This document shows positions 20,101 through 28,620 of a stretch of 42,674 bases of DNA, piece by piece. The DNA lies in the IMG/VR virus record IMGVR_UViG_3300038674_000192, positions 1 through 42,674 of that record; one strand, 5' to 3'. The position numbers were made by a program, and so were the translations under genes. Position 1 is the stretch's first letter. Every line of letters begins with the position of its first letter. Source of the stretch: a virus. Its lineage: Duplodnaviria > Caudoviricetes. The notes beneath the pieces are model-generated. The model was not told the DNA's origin, ran no database searches, and was given only the letters and a program-made list of their open reading frames with translations.

Positions 20101-23100
20101 TTCATGCTGCGCACGCCCTACTTCGAGCCGCGTGAGGAGGCCGCGATCCTTGAGGGGCTCCGTGCCTGGAACGAGGGCCTTGGCCTCAAGACCCCGGTTG
20201 ACCAGTTCCATGCCAACGCCTGGTTTGCTGAGCAGTTTGGGCTTGGCTTCACCAATCCGTTTGTGGCCAAGGACACGGCTTCTCGCGGCCGCACCATGGG
20301 GACTTGGTTCTCGCCGGAGCTGGAAGCGATTGGTCGGAAGATGACCGATGGCATCGCCTACATGCTGAACGGCAAGATCGGCGACCCGGCCGCGCGCGCG
20401 CAGATCAAGCACCTGGTGGACTACGGCGACATGTTCGCTCATGTGGCCGGGACTGCCCGCCCCGACGTGATGTCTCCTGCCCAGGTCTACATGGACAAGG
20501 CCGTTGGGCGTGGGTACGTGAACCCGGCTCGGGAAGGCCGCATCCATGCGTTCACGGGCGGCGACACCACGCCGAAATACATGGCGCTGATGGATCAGAA
20601 GGTTGACCCGACCGATGTGGACGCGCGGCTGAACCGTAGCACCTTTGGCGACTATGGCCCCGGCGTTTACGTGAGCGACGACCTGGCGAGCGCGATCAAG
20701 TCGCATGTTCTGCCGACCCCTGAAGAAGTGAACCGCATGATCGCGGCTGCCGGGATCGAAGAACGGGAAGCGGATGAGGTCCGCCGTCTGATGGCGGAGC
20801 GCAATTCTCTCCGCTTCAGCAAGATCGGGCTGCGGGAGGTTGACTTCCTGGATCGCAATGCTGCGGACATTCGGGCGCTCGGCGTGGCGTTCTCGCCGAA
20901 TGTGATCAACGTGTACGCACGGGCGCTGAACCGTTTCGATGGGAACTCTCCGCTCGCCGCCAAGGATATGCGCCTGCTGGCCGGGCATATCGCCGAACAC
21001 TACGGGACCGACCCCGAGGAGGCGCTTGCGATCATCGCGAAGCATGCGGCGGAGCCCGGCTATGATGCCGTGCTGAAGACTGTCGAAGACGTGCGCACCA
21101 ACATGGGCTTCACCAGCAACCCGGCGAACACCACGCTCCAGACGGTGAACACGGTGCTGCGCAACGCTGGCTTCGATGCGATTGCCGTGACGCCGGAAAG
21201 CTCCGGGGCACCGCAGTTGGTGTTGATCGGTGGTCCGGAAGATGCGCCGCCCCAGCTGTGGGGAACGAGCCAGGTCAAGCACTCCAATGCCGCATGGTTC
21301 GACCCGGATGAGATTGGCCTCCTTGCCGAAAGCCTTGAGCGTGACGAGCGGCCTCTGGCCGACATCGTTCTCGGCATGGGCGACAAGAAGCGTGGGGCCG
21401 ATGCGCCTGCGGTTCTTGCCCAGGCGGCAGAATACATGGGCGCGTCGCCCGAGGTTGCCGACCTGATCCGGCTGACCCCGAAGATCGGCGAGCGTGCCAT
21501 GGCGCAGTCCAACACGTCGCAGGTGCAGCGTGCCCTGGATGTGGCCAAGAAGTTCAACCCGGCCAATATTATCCGGGCCAACTCCGAACGCCTCCGTGAA
21601 TACGGGGCCAACTGGCTGGCCGACAAGATCAAGCCGCTCGATGGCGCGGGGATGTTCGAGAAGCACAGCGAAGCCCTGGGTGGCAAGCTGATCCCGCTGG
21701 TGGAGATGCTGCATAAGCTGCCGGATGCCACGCTTGGGCTGAAGCGGTGGGCCTACAGCCTGAAGCCGTTCGGCAAAATCCCGCAGCCGGAAAGCCACAA
21801 GCGGATCGTTCGGTCCCTGCGTGGCGAGGACGTTGCCCTGTCCGAGCAGGAACAGGCTGTGGCCAGCGCCGTGCGCAAGCAGTTGCGCACCGAGCTTGAT
21901 GGGCTGCGCAAGGCTGGCGTGTCGGTTGGCGATGTTGGCCAGGACTACCTTCCGCAAATCCATAAGGCCGAAGCGTTGCAGCGTGATCGTGAACGCGCCC
22001 GCCGTGCGTATGCGGACTACTTCAAGAAGGAGGCCGAGGTCTTCCGTGGTGAACGGCTGGCCGACGATGAAGCGTTGTTCAAGGCGGACGAGTGGATCGA
22101 CAACGTGCTGATGGACGACGGTGTGATGATCGCGCCGAAGGGAACTCGGCGCGGGGTGCAGACCGACCACATCGACTATCAGCGCATGATGCGGCTGCAT
22201 GAGCGTGATCCGCAGACCGGCAAGCTGGTGTTCGCCAAGGAGCTTGAGGCCCTGGACGACTTCCTGGAGGATAACCTCGAAGCCATCCTGGCCAAATACT
22301 TCGACGGCTCGACCCGGCGCATGGAGTTCGAGGGGAAGTTCGGCGCGGGCAACCACGCCTACTACGACTACACCCACGTCGCGCAGTTCGGTTTCGACGG
22401 AGCCGTTGACCTCCTGTCCACCGACCGCCTGCTGCGGACCCGGTACAACCGCTTGATCGAGGATGGCAACGTCGAGACGGTTGGCAAGCAGCTGACTAAG
22501 ATGAAGTCGTTGAACTACGACCAGGCGCGCGAGGCCATGTCCAAGGCGTATTCGCTGCTTGGCCAGGACGACATCGAAGGGGCTCGGAAGGTGCTGATGG
22601 ACGCTGCCCCGCCGCAGCCCAACGGTGATATGCGCACCTGGGCGAAGCGTGTGGATGCGATCCTTGGCGCGCTCAAGGACTTCCCCGAGGCAGGCGAGCG
22701 TGGCGGGCTCAACGCGTCGCAGATCGAGTTCGCGGATGGGACGTTCCGCGCGGTGCAGCGTAAGCCGATTGGCACGGGTGCGTTCTACGAAAACGCGCGC
22801 AAGGTCAGCCGGTGGCTGCGCAACTTCAACTCGGTAACGCTTCTGAGCTTCACGGCTCTCACCAGCTTCACCGACGTTGCTCTGCCGCTGATCTGGTCCG
22901 GAGACTTCAAGGCGTTTGCTAAGGGGATCGGAGCGTGGGCGCGCAACGAGCGCTTCGCTGACGGCACCTCCTATCGGGAGGCCCTGCGTTCCACGGGCAT
23001 CGCCATGGAGAACTTCGTCTTCGACCGCATGCACATGCTGTACGGCGGCGAAGGCAGCCGTGCCACCCAGGCGTTCTTCAACGCGACGATGCTGACGCCG

Positions 23101-24111
23101 TGGACTAACCTGATGCGCGAGTTGTCCGGCTCTGTGGCGATCCAGGCGTTCCGGGCTGAACAGGCGCGGGCGTTGGCCAGTGGTAAGAACAGCAAAGCGT
23201 ACCGCCAGGCGCGTAAGCGTCTGGCCCACTACGGGCTCGAACACTTCATCGATGATCCGAATGCCAAGCGTATTGATGATCCGGCTTTGTTGGACCCGAA
23301 GATGGGTGATTACCAGCTGCGTCAGGCGGTGATCAAGTTTGCCAACGAGACGATCTTCACTCCGAACAGCGATGATGTGCCGCTGTGGGCGCAAACGCCG
23401 CTTGGTCAGGTGGCGTTCCAGTTGAAGTCGTACCCGATGATGATGCATCGCATGGTGTGGGGTGAGAACGGCATCCTGCCCCGCTTCAAGCATGGCGTCA
23501 TGGACGGCAATATGCGTGACGTGATGCCGCTGATCCTGATGCTGACGATTGGCACTGGCTGGGCGATGAGCGTCAACGCGGCCAAGGATATCGTTCAGGC
23601 GCGCGGCGGCGATGATGAGCAGTCGCATGCGGTGCGTGATCGCAAGATCAGCAAGATCGCTGAGCAGTTCGGCTTCAACCCGACGATCCATGGCGATGTG
23701 GACAACTTCCTGGGTTGGTACGCTGAGGGGTTCATGCTGATGGGCGGCCTCGGTGTTCTCGCTGACATCCTGTACCAGTCGGCGCAACAGGTGGACAATG
23801 GGGCGTGGGGCTTCCAGCGTACCATGTCCACGATCTTCGGGCCGTCTGTCGGCATCGCGTCCGGTGCCTTCAACGTAGTCGGCGGTGCGGCACATGCCGC
23901 GATCAGCGACGACGGCACCAACTTCCGTGAACGGACTGCGGCGCGAGAAGTGGCGCAGCGTATTCCGGTGCTCGGGGCCATCCGCTCTCCGCGTGAGAAG
24001 GCGGTTGATCTTGTGGCCGGTGAGCAGGCCAGCAAGAAAAGCGGCGGCTCCGGTGGCTTTGGCGGGGGCTTCGGCTCTGGCTTCGGCGGCGGCTTCGGGA
24101 AGGGTATGTGA
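14110..24111 (+). CDS. Giant (3333 aa) polyvalent internal virion protein with zincin peptidase, ART-like and T7 gp16-like C-terminal regions
   Basis: HHEYGH (~17730) with downstream HEFFA; YGPGVYV (~20650) with GFDAI...SQVK...FDP (~21170-21300); C-terminal N..LLS..LTSFTD and QLKSY pattern. Confidence 0.8.
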   Translation: MADNTGMLGAAPLSTASEETRSFLNAPAPAQSFGYADNPGVHTLSDAGFLSDLREYYKGRDNKSFLSDEEALDYYYNDRNWRNLNTVSMTKDMANSFSDSPRQRELLAKLEKVYQALPSFYEEEGRGMKALGDIAPAVLADPLNLVGFGSAGAATKAAMMAGKGVAGTAVRAAASGALREGAANALVSGVQSGIEQERDIGLGLQGEFSGWQMAIDTLAGGILGGLMGGVFAGGGGIYNFLKERKALASWPDVRAMLIQRLMEDTNLSAAQKKEMVSSIRDMDTMYTAQDMGSEETLKAPGEALAGEINAKAQAKARAADFANGPEEPELDLRGGAGEKPTVDDYQVRIDTSLSFLKKEIDRVLSKTDASGTLSPENQAELVELTQRHATMERLANFDQEMAGLDAAMAEATGPGEEAAKKRTQIMLEQRRLVALRERMLTAAKSGQGDLDAFVGELPLGMPGEAKAEAPQPKASEVTPEPAPKTQEPEAAAPAPEPVAEPAPEAPVVEAAPAEPATPTAALAGHAAGVKALVDMGYDEPAAKKAVRAMRKGKKGAEADQAMNQAISDLGKREAIGDQLDKVLDQLSTHVGEDALLNEDFVIQVLSGLDNGKDMIALYRASRKAAMEAEPQSVDSVIDDFMRRNGIKPLEESREEDTDPILRAIQAAQKKQRAQQRAIQENRFLKGAEAIFAGRRYKAALSPEDYAALVNEGRVAALRFEKQGVAISDKSRLALVEQFMDERLNFYKERAAKRANDTGPLRKGGTEPSRAGQDVPDADDPNALRNPDRLPKSVGRLQNILRKWGPIGGVSQNVSPSEFGNLGQIRAEANLKKLRYGGKPISPMKFVTDKRIETADGKTLSRGATVWYDPQSDKVYANSAAIFGPRAEAARVARNTSAGTTPAATAPSAGTPAATVPPAAQSPKLSAAADALRQLGLSDAQIAAAVKALSAIEPEAAAAPVKEAAAAPVKGTPVPVPEGRRLAIRNKDTGAVRIMSDGQLRSGSGPEAMMGKWPADNVEVGHVAEGLRSDGPASRESFRLIGDEAPAKPAPDTPPRELPSFASIQHEPVVVDGVSMPLMSAIAERFNLLASTPRTVADINKVIDRLRKLDAAIPAFRRPTQEVSAARQQLVDIFMRIDPDEAAAAVDFLRRTGANEAAPIFGTQTNHGSVGSFIVDPNSPAFNQINISQNAYSNKLMPPWSPSVSTLHHEYGHWAFENVLTTEDRIKFLEAIRDNYGRADGSIDLEAMRGNLAKKINDTSMRNASDRYLSPHEFFANQFQQWMVSSKQMPGAETLFEKIAQFLNGLFRRFFDNGLVDKEFDDIFKKLLPEPVADAIDINGGKLPSSAEGKALYQTYSRLDNGRVEFEKTMNLYDPGLLAERGIAFLRDLTAMRRDLGAAFTQEVDQGLARAANVLRQYREGTVNADPRITNARKLLDGMAVTKEHEDMAARLMDDFLSDPDSFVSIGDEVALDGEAVKVTRENLRRVANETDYTVVPAEVQTLLWSQIGGAEFPFNVLRAGQDILAAVNTMKTHLKDGFRLVENANPVNPENPIGMFELPHGTEDKAPYLVRRYSDLNYIMERLDGILENPDVMATHALVELANMMNGISGVVVAGVKKSYIAGGLRQLRKGNFKVVERAAQDVRRVYDLLSDIAPDWKPGDSADGLSAVTTLDALAPEQRAEFDDVVKSLRQSASDLQERIPSVWKQANRLSGSALAKRYAAASVAQKKKAMKTERVHRKAEATVKTPKNEAPPKREGRAPRSTDAAPMQMSDDNLIEELMRVSTKTDRGRQLAFELVRRKNAIPGFDPETAVANVPPEYLMLRGKDLQAKYVEAMNNGDEATLAGLRGEVLRRALKREGVIGLATNTTKRVGDAILRETTENGGVAMFDGIPRKAPAFVREILMNMTHRDPVKMSAFRTIVYRALSLSGIGREQPMTYGMLYKMVGNPLPPQLASGDVAADLSDPAFNALRTHLRKVVSGIDDANSVKMSVSSLAEFMLRTPYFEPREEAAILEGLRAWNEGLGLKTPVDQFHANAWFAEQFGLGFTNPFVAKDTASRGRTMGTWFSPELEAIGRKMTDGIAYMLNGKIGDPAARAQIKHLVDYGDMFAHVAGTARPDVMSPAQVYMDKAVGRGYVNPAREGRIHAFTGGDTTPKYMALMDQKVDPTDVDARLNRSTFGDYGPGVYVSDDLASAIKSHVLPTPEEVNRMIAAAGIEEREADEVRRLMAERNSLRFSKIGLREVDFLDRNAADIRALGVAFSPNVINVYARALNRFDGNSPLAAKDMRLLAGHIAEHYGTDPEEALAIIAKHAAEPGYDAVLKTVEDVRTNMGFTSNPANTTLQTVNTVLRNAGFDAIAVTPESSGAPQLVLIGGPEDAPPQLWGTSQVKHSNAAWFDPDEIGLLAESLERDERPLADIVLGMGDKKRGADAPAVLAQAAEYMGASPEVADLIRLTPKIGERAMAQSNTSQVQRALDVAKKFNPANIIRANSERLREYGANWLADKIKPLDGAGMFEKHSEALGGKLIPLVEMLHKLPDATLGLKRWAYSLKPFGKIPQPESHKRIVRSLRGEDVALSEQEQAVASAVRKQLRTELDGLRKAGVSVGDVGQDYLPQIHKAEALQRDRERARRAYADYFKKEAEVFRGERLADDEALFKADEWIDNVLMDDGVMIAPKGTRRGVQTDHIDYQRMMRLHERDPQTGKLVFAKELEALDDFLEDNLEAILAKYFDGSTRRMEFEGKFGAGNHAYYDYTHVAQFGFDGAVDLLSTDRLLRTRYNRLIEDGNVETVGKQLTKMKSLNYDQAREAMSKAYSLLGQDDIEGARKVLMDAAPPQPNGDMRTWAKRVDAILGALKDFPEAGERGGLNASQIEFADGTFRAVQRKPIGTGAFYENARKVSRWLRNFNSVTLLSFTALTSFTDVALPLIWSGDFKAFAKGIGAWARNERFADGTSYREALRSTGIAMENFVFDRMHMLYGGEGSRATQAFFNATMLTPWTNLMRELSGSVAIQAFRAEQARALASGKNSKAYRQARKRLAHYGLEHFIDDPNAKRIDDPALLDPKMGDYQLRQAVIKFANETIFTPNSDDVPLWAQTPLGQVAFQLKSYPMMMHRMVWGENGILPRFKHGVMDGNMRDVMPLILMLTIGTGWAMSVNAAKDIVQARGGDDEQSHAVRDRKISKIAEQFGFNPTIHGDVDNFLGWYAEGFMLMGGLGVLADILYQSAQQVDNGAWGFQRTMSTIFGPSVGIASGAFNVVGGAAHAAISDDGTNFRERTAAREVAQRIPVLGAIRSPREKAVDLVAGEQASKKSGGSGGFGGGFGSGFGGGFGKGM
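16968..17017 (+). repeat. 24-bp tandem duplication (EAAAAPVK x2) in a linker of the giant protein
   Basis: GGAGGCCGCTGCCGCTCCGGTCAA x2. A degenerate SAGT(T)PAAT duplication also lies at ~16795-16860. Confidence 0.9.
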
Positions 24112-24692
24112 TGGCCAAGAGCGTTAGCCAGTTGTGTGCCGAGCTTCTTCGTCGGGAAGGTGGGTTCACCATGGACAAGGCAGACACCGCCCACTACGGG
24201 GCAGCGTCCAACAAACCTGGGGCAAAGTGGGATTGCTACGGCACTAACATGGGCGTGACCCAGGCCACGCTCTCGGATTGGCTCGGGCGGCAGGCTACGA
24301 TTGATGAGGTGCGCACGCTCGATGAGGAGACGGCGCGTCACATCTACGAAACCCGCTACTACTATGCCCCGCGCTTCGATAAGTTGCCGGAGCGCATCCA
24401 GCCGCAGATGTTCGACATCGGCGTGAACTCCGGGCCGAAGCGGGCCAACCTGATGCTCCAGGGGATCATCAACGCCGCTGGCTTTGGGCCTGTCGATGTG
24501 GATGGTGTACTCGGGCCACAGACGTTGCGACAGGCATTCTTGGCGGAGGAACAGATGGGGCCGTTCCTGAGCAACGCTCTGGTGGAGGAACGCAAGGCGT
24601 TCTACCGCAGGCTCATCGACGGCAACCCGGCAAACGCCAAGTTCGAGCGTGGCTGGATGGCCAGGGCAGAAGAATTCAGGGAGGCGATCTGA
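24111..24692 (+). CDS. Endolysin, glycosyl hydrolase family 108 with C-terminal peptidoglycan-binding domain
   Basis: REGGF, TNMGVT, FDIGVNSG, VDGVLGPQT and KFERGWMAR motifs. Confidence 0.9.
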   Translation: MAKSVSQLCAELLRREGGFTMDKADTAHYGAASNKPGAKWDCYGTNMGVTQATLSDWLGRQATIDEVRTLDEETARHIYETRYYYAPRFDKLPERIQPQMFDIGVNSGPKRANLMLQGIINAAGFGPVDVDGVLGPQTLRQAFLAEEQMGPFLSNALVEERKAFYRRLIDGNPANAKFERGWMARAEEFREAI

Positions 24693-25234
24693 TGGGCGCT
24701 TTGGCTGGTATCCTGGGCGCGCTGCCGGGGATTGGGAACTTTGCCAAGATCATCCTTGGAAACCGCGAAGCCAGGGATGCGGCGGCGGCCAACTTCGACG
24801 CTTCGGTGGCCAATGAGTTCGGGGCCGAGTTCGGATACCGTGAGAACCGGACGTGGTGGGATAGCCTGATCGACGGGATCAACCGTATCCCCCGGCCGTT
24901 CTTCGCGATTGGCTTTGGCTACATCGTGTTGATCTGGCCTGCCTGGGATATGGTCGGGTTCGTGGACTACATGCGGGCGATCTCGGTTGTTCCCGAGGGG
25001 TTCTGGTATGTCCTGCTGACGGTGGTGTTCTTCTTCTTCGGCGGGAGGATGCAGGTGGAGGGCAAAACTTTCCGCATGTCCAAAGACCAACAGACCATGG
25101 CGCAGACGTTGATCTCCGAAAACAAGGAGGAGGCCAAAATGGACGATGACGAATACGCCAAGGCCATGGCCTCCCCTGAACCGTTGTCGAACGAAGCTAT
25201 CCTTGAGTGGAAGCGTAGGCAGTCACGGCAATGA
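24692..25234 (+). CDS. Holin, GTA 3TM family
   Basis: AEF....RTWWDSLIDGINRIPRP, VPEGFW.L...V.FFFGGR motifs; coupled to the endolysin. Confidence 0.85.
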   Translation: MGALAGILGALPGIGNFAKIILGNREARDAAAANFDASVANEFGAEFGYRENRTWWDSLIDGINRIPRPFFAIGFGYIVLIWPAWDMVGFVDYMRAISVVPEGFWYVLLTVVFFFFGGRMQVEGKTFRMSKDQQTMAQTLISENKEEAKMDDDEYAKAMASPEPLSNEAILEWKRRQSRQ

Positions 25235-25454
25235 TCCGGCGCACGAGGTCGGCGCGATCCCGCTCGATTTCCTTTGCCGCAGTCAAGCGGCGGTCGCGGT
25301 CGCGAATATGCATTACCTGCTTGGCCTGACGCATCAGGTCGTTCCACTCGTCGCGCAGGAACCTCGGCGCGGCGAACAGTTCCTGCGGCGGCTTGCCCAA
25401 AATACCCCACACGCGACGCTCGTCGTCACTCACCATTCCCTGTTCATCAGGCAT
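25197..25454 (-). CDS. Hypothetical protein
   Basis: ATG overlaps the end of the Cas4-like gene; last gene of the leftward operon. Confidence 0.5.
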   Translation of the reverse strand: MPDEQGMVSDDERRVWGILGKPPQELFAAPRFLRDEWNDLMRQAKQVMHIRDRDRRLTAAKEIERDRADLVRRIIAVTAYASTQG

Positions 25455-26316
25455 TTTTCGCCTCCGGCTTGAAGTGTTCGTAGTGTTCGCAGGGCTCGAT
25501 GCATTCGGGGTGCGAGTCATCGAATGGGCTGGACACGCTACCCCCGACAGAATGGGCACAAGCCCACAACCCATCCGCACGGGCATACGCATAACGGCAA
25601 GTCGTGCAGGTTTTCTTGTAGACCTCACCTCCATGACAGAAGGGCTTGCGCGAGCACATCCGGCACCGGAAGAACTCGGGGTCATCGCTGATCCGCACCG
25701 GACGCTGCGTCATGATGTTGGCCGAACGCACACACTGGTAGGCATAGCGAAAGGGATCGTAGTCAACCACCTCCGCCCACACGTCACTATTGTCCTTGTC
25801 GTAGAAAACAAAGACGGTCTTCAGCAAGTTATCGCAAAGACGACCGCTGCCAAGCTTGTTGCTCATACCCATCATCATTTGGCACTGTTCATAATACTCG
25901 GGGTGCGTATCTTTCAGGCCGCGCTTTTTGGTTTTCTGGAACTCAGAGTCCTTCATAGACTTGCATTCGAGGAGAAACCGCTGGCCATCAATCACGAGCA
26001 CACCATCCGCATGTGCTTTGATGTGGCCACCCATGTCTTCCCAGGTCCATTGGCCATCGGTGTCGGGGTCAACCGCGTACACGATGATGTCGGTGCGGCG
26101 GAGGATGTCCACCAGGACATCCTCGATGTGCTTCCCGAGGTCGAAGATACGCAGGAACCGCGCCTTGAATTCGACAGGGTATCCTCTGAGTCCGTAGGCC
26201 ACGTTGGCGTCGCACTCATGGCCAATCGAGGAGCCGCCGATGTATTCACGAGGAGGCTCGGTGCGGGTGCCCGTGGCCTCCTCGATCTGCTCAACAACAA
26301 ACTTCGCAACGTCCAT
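25447..26316 (-). CDS. Cas4-like PD-(D/E)XK exonuclease with Fe-S cysteines
   Basis: YIGGSSIGHEC, HADG, LECKS, QCQ, CRMC.....C, plus an extra C-terminal Cys cluster. Confidence 0.8.
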   Translation of the reverse strand: MDVAKFVVEQIEEATGTRTEPPREYIGGSSIGHECDANVAYGLRGYPVEFKARFLRIFDLGKHIEDVLVDILRRTDIIVYAVDPDTDGQWTWEDMGGHIKAHADGVLVIDGQRFLLECKSMKDSEFQKTKKRGLKDTHPEYYEQCQMMMGMSNKLGSGRLCDNLLKTVFVFYDKDNSDVWAEVVDYDPFRYAYQCVRSANIMTQRPVRISDDPEFFRCRMCSRKPFCHGGEVYKKTCTTCRYAYARADGLWACAHSVGGSVSSPFDDSHPECIEPCEHYEHFKPEAKNA

Positions 26317-26627
26317 CAAGCGGTACTCTCACTCATGCTCTCGGCCATGGCCAACCGGCGGTCGATCTCGGCGGCGATCAGAGCGCCAGCCTTGACCAGA
26401 TGGCGGATTTCGTCCACGTCGTTCGGCTTCCACCATTCCCGCGACCACGGCCACATCGGCGGCACGAACTCGTCACTGGAGCGCGCATCATCACCGAACA
26501 GCGCGTAGGACATCGCGGCAAGAACCAGTTCGCCCCGATCAAACAGGGCGTCGTGTTCGGCGGTCCACCCCTCGCCATTGATCTGGCGCTGGCGTTCCTG
26601 GGCAATCAGTTTGGTTGCTTCCGTCAT
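26316..26627 (-). CDS. Conserved phage hypothetical protein
   Basis: ERQRQI..EGWT.EHD, WPW..EWWKP and LVKAGALIAAEI motifs, common in phages. Confidence 0.8.
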   Translation of the reverse strand: MTEATKLIAQERQRQINGEGWTAEHDALFDRGELVLAAMSYALFGDDARSSDEFVPPMWPWSREWWKPNDVDEIRHLVKAGALIAAEIDRRLAMAESMSESTA

Positions 26628-26643
26628 GTTGTTTCCCCTTGAG

Positions 26644-26672
26644 AAAAAAAGGGGCGGCGCAGGGCCGCCCCT
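26644..26672 (-). terminator. Rho-independent terminator after the SSB gene
   Basis: On the minus strand GGGGCGGC-loop-GCCGCCCC-TTTTTTT. Confidence 0.8.
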
Positions 26673-26680
26673 CCATGGCC

Positions 26681-27223
26681 TTAGAACGGGATGTCGTCGT
26701 CAAGCGCGGTGCGCGCGGCACCCGTGCTGGCAGCGGCCGGAGCGGCGGCGGGCACACGGCTCGCCGGGGTCGGCATCTTGTCGAAGTCCTCGGTCGGGAA
26801 GAACGCGCCGAACGAACGCACCTCGGAGCCATTGCGCTCGTTGCCGTCAGCGTCCTTGTAGGGGGCATCGTTGACCAGCACGCCGACCTTGAGGCCAACC
26901 AACGAGCCCACGTCGCCAGGACGATCCGGGTTCGGATGCTTCGCGAAGGTGAGGAGCGACTTCAGCTTGTCGCGGCCATAGGCCACGCTGTCCTGGTGGC
27001 CCTTGGTGCTGTGGTTGGTGTGAACCATGATGTAGTCCACGATATCGCCGTGGCCATCCACGTCGATGAACCGGACTTCCAGCTGCTTCGACTGGTTGTC
27101 TTTGGTCGAGGTGATCTTGGCGCTCTCGATCTTGCAGATGTACTTGCCAGCCCGCAGACGCGAGGACGCCTTCGAGAGCTTGTTGCCGCCCAGGTCGAGA
27201 TTGGCAAAGGACCACGTTTCCAT
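26681..27223 (-). CDS. Single-stranded DNA-binding protein (DUF669-like)
   Basis: AGKY.C.I pattern and acidic DDDIPF C-terminus. Confidence 0.8.
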   Translation of the reverse strand: METWSFANLDLGGNKLSKASSRLRAGKYICKIESAKITSTKDNQSKQLEVRFIDVDGHGDIVDYIMVHTNHSTKGHQDSVAYGRDKLKSLLTFAKHPNPDRPGDVGSLVGLKVGVLVNDAPYKDADGNERNGSEVRSFGAFFPTEDFDKMPTPASRVPAAAPAAASTGAARTALDDDIPF

Positions 27224-27235
27224 GTGAATTCTCCG

Positions 27236-28057
27236 TTAGGCGTTGGTTTTGGAAAGGTTCCACTCCGCAGGCGTCATGTCCATGCGGCGCAGAATGTCGG
27301 TCACGTCACCAGTCAATTCGACGGGCTGGAAACGTTCGGTGTAGGGGGTGCGCAGCTTGCCGTGCCAGCCGCCCACCTGCTCAGTATAGATGCGGCGTTC
27401 GATGATCGGATTGTTCCGGGCCACATCGTCGTCGGCGTAGCGCGTCAGACGTTCGCCGCACAACACGTTGTCGAAGATGCCGGGGATTTGGCGCATCGCT
27501 TTCTGCCCATGCAGCATGGGCCAGTAGTGGATGCTGCCGTTGTCGTCCTTCTCCTCCTTGGCCAATGCCGTGATGATGACATGCATAGGCATGTCGCGAA
27601 TGTATTTGCACGCGCCAACCAGCGCTGCGTTGTAGTCGTTCCACGCGCCGAAGCCATCGGCGTTTTTCTTGTTCTCAGCGATCCGCTTCTCCTCATACAC
27701 ACGGTCGTAGTGGGCCATGCAGAGGTCGGAGGCTTCGGTGAGGCTGTCGAGCATGACCCACTTGTAGCCACACGTCAGGAACTCAGGGGACAGCATATCG
27801 CGGATGATGCCCTTGAAAGAGAAAACCCCATCTTCGTAAGAATGCTTCCCGTCCCACGAAGAAAAGTGGAGGTAGTCGATGTCCTGATCCGAAATCGAGG
27901 ACAGGCCACCTTCGCCGGAAATGATGAAACCGTTGCCGTACATCTTCTTGTAATACTTGGCCTGCGTAGTCTTCCCGAAGCCGTGGGTCGCGTAGAGCAA
28001 GGTCTTGCGAGCTTCGGTGATGGAGGCTGCGTTGGTCTTCCGAGGATCAAAAGGCAT
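27236..28057 (-). CDS. Sak4-like AAA_24 ATPase recombinase
   Basis: KTLLYATHGFGKTT (Walker A), EGGL, VMLDSLTE (Walker B). Confidence 0.8.
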   Translation of the reverse strand: MPFDPRKTNAASITEARKTLLYATHGFGKTTQAKYYKKMYGNGFIISGEGGLSSISDQDIDYLHFSSWDGKHSYEDGVFSFKGIIRDMLSPEFLTCGYKWVMLDSLTEASDLCMAHYDRVYEEKRIAENKKNADGFGAWNDYNAALVGACKYIRDMPMHVIITALAKEEKDDNGSIHYWPMLHGQKAMRQIPGIFDNVLCGERLTRYADDDVARNNPIIERRIYTEQVGGWHGKLRTPYTERFQPVELTGDVTDILRRMDMTPAEWNLSKTNA

Positions 28058-28071
28058 TCGGTGCTCCGGGG

Positions 28072-28467
28072 TTAGGACTTGGCTTTGACTTTGATGGTAG
28101 TCACCGCCTCACAAGACGCGCTCTTGATAAACTCCTCGGCGAGAGGGTCGGCGCTCTTATCCAGTTTGGTGGCGCGAACCACAACATCTATGAAGTCGGG
28201 CAACTCGGGAAGAGGCGGAAGGAGGGACGTAATCGTCGTCTTATCCCAGGAACGCTTGATGCGATCTTGGATAATGGCTTCATGAGTCGGGGAGGAGGTG
28301 AGCACGTCGCCGCTGGTGTAGCCGGTCGGAACGTGGGCCATGATGGCGTTGGCAATGCTCTTGAGCTTTTCCTTGTGGAACTCCATGGCGGCCTCTTCCG
28401 CCACGTAGTCACTAAGCAACTGAGAAAGCTCGTCTTTCTCACTGGTTTCCCAGTCAATTTCGATCAT
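28072..28467 (-). CDS. Hypothetical protein, first gene of the recombination operon
   Basis: ATG with SD AAGGGG; coiled-coil N-terminus. Confidence 0.65.
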   Translation of the reverse strand: MIEIDWETSEKDELSQLLSDYVAEEAAMEFHKEKLKSIANAIMAHVPTGYTSGDVLTSSPTHEAIIQDRIKRSWDKTTITSLLPPLPELPDFIDVVVRATKLDKSADPLAEEFIKSASCEAVTTIKVKAKS

Positions 28468-28513
28468 TTTGTGTCCCCTTGAGAGCCGGGTTTGCGGCTG
28501 CCTCGATGGGTTT

Positions 28514-28542
28514 GGTGTATCGGAAAGCAGACATAGCGTCAA
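28514..28542 (-). promoter_or_regulatory. Leftward sigma70-like promoter overlapped by an operator-like box
   Basis: TTGACG-17 bp-TACACC on the minus strand; TGT-N12-ACA at 28516-28533. Confidence 0.55.
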
Positions 28543-28569
28543 CAAGATTGTTGTGGTGATCGACGGGAT

Positions 28570-28591
28570 GGTGTAGTTTTTTTGCTACACC
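28570..28591. promoter_or_regulatory. Palindromic operator-like site upstream of the Cro-like gene
   Basis: GGTGTAG-N8-CTACACC. Confidence 0.6.
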
Positions 28592-28620
28592 CAAAATCTG
28601 ACCATTGGACAGAGGCCCGA

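Noticed and set aside
14011-23895. 3294-aa minus-strand ORF, and other long antisense ORFs (e.g. 10723-13752, 7524-9611, 35272-37149, 37238-39202)
   Set aside because: Shadow frames of high-GC3 genes on the opposite strand, with no protein-like motifs.
25447-26316. Cas4-like gene as evidence of a CRISPR system
   Set aside because: No array or other cas genes. Its context with Sak4 and SSB indicates a recombination exonuclease.
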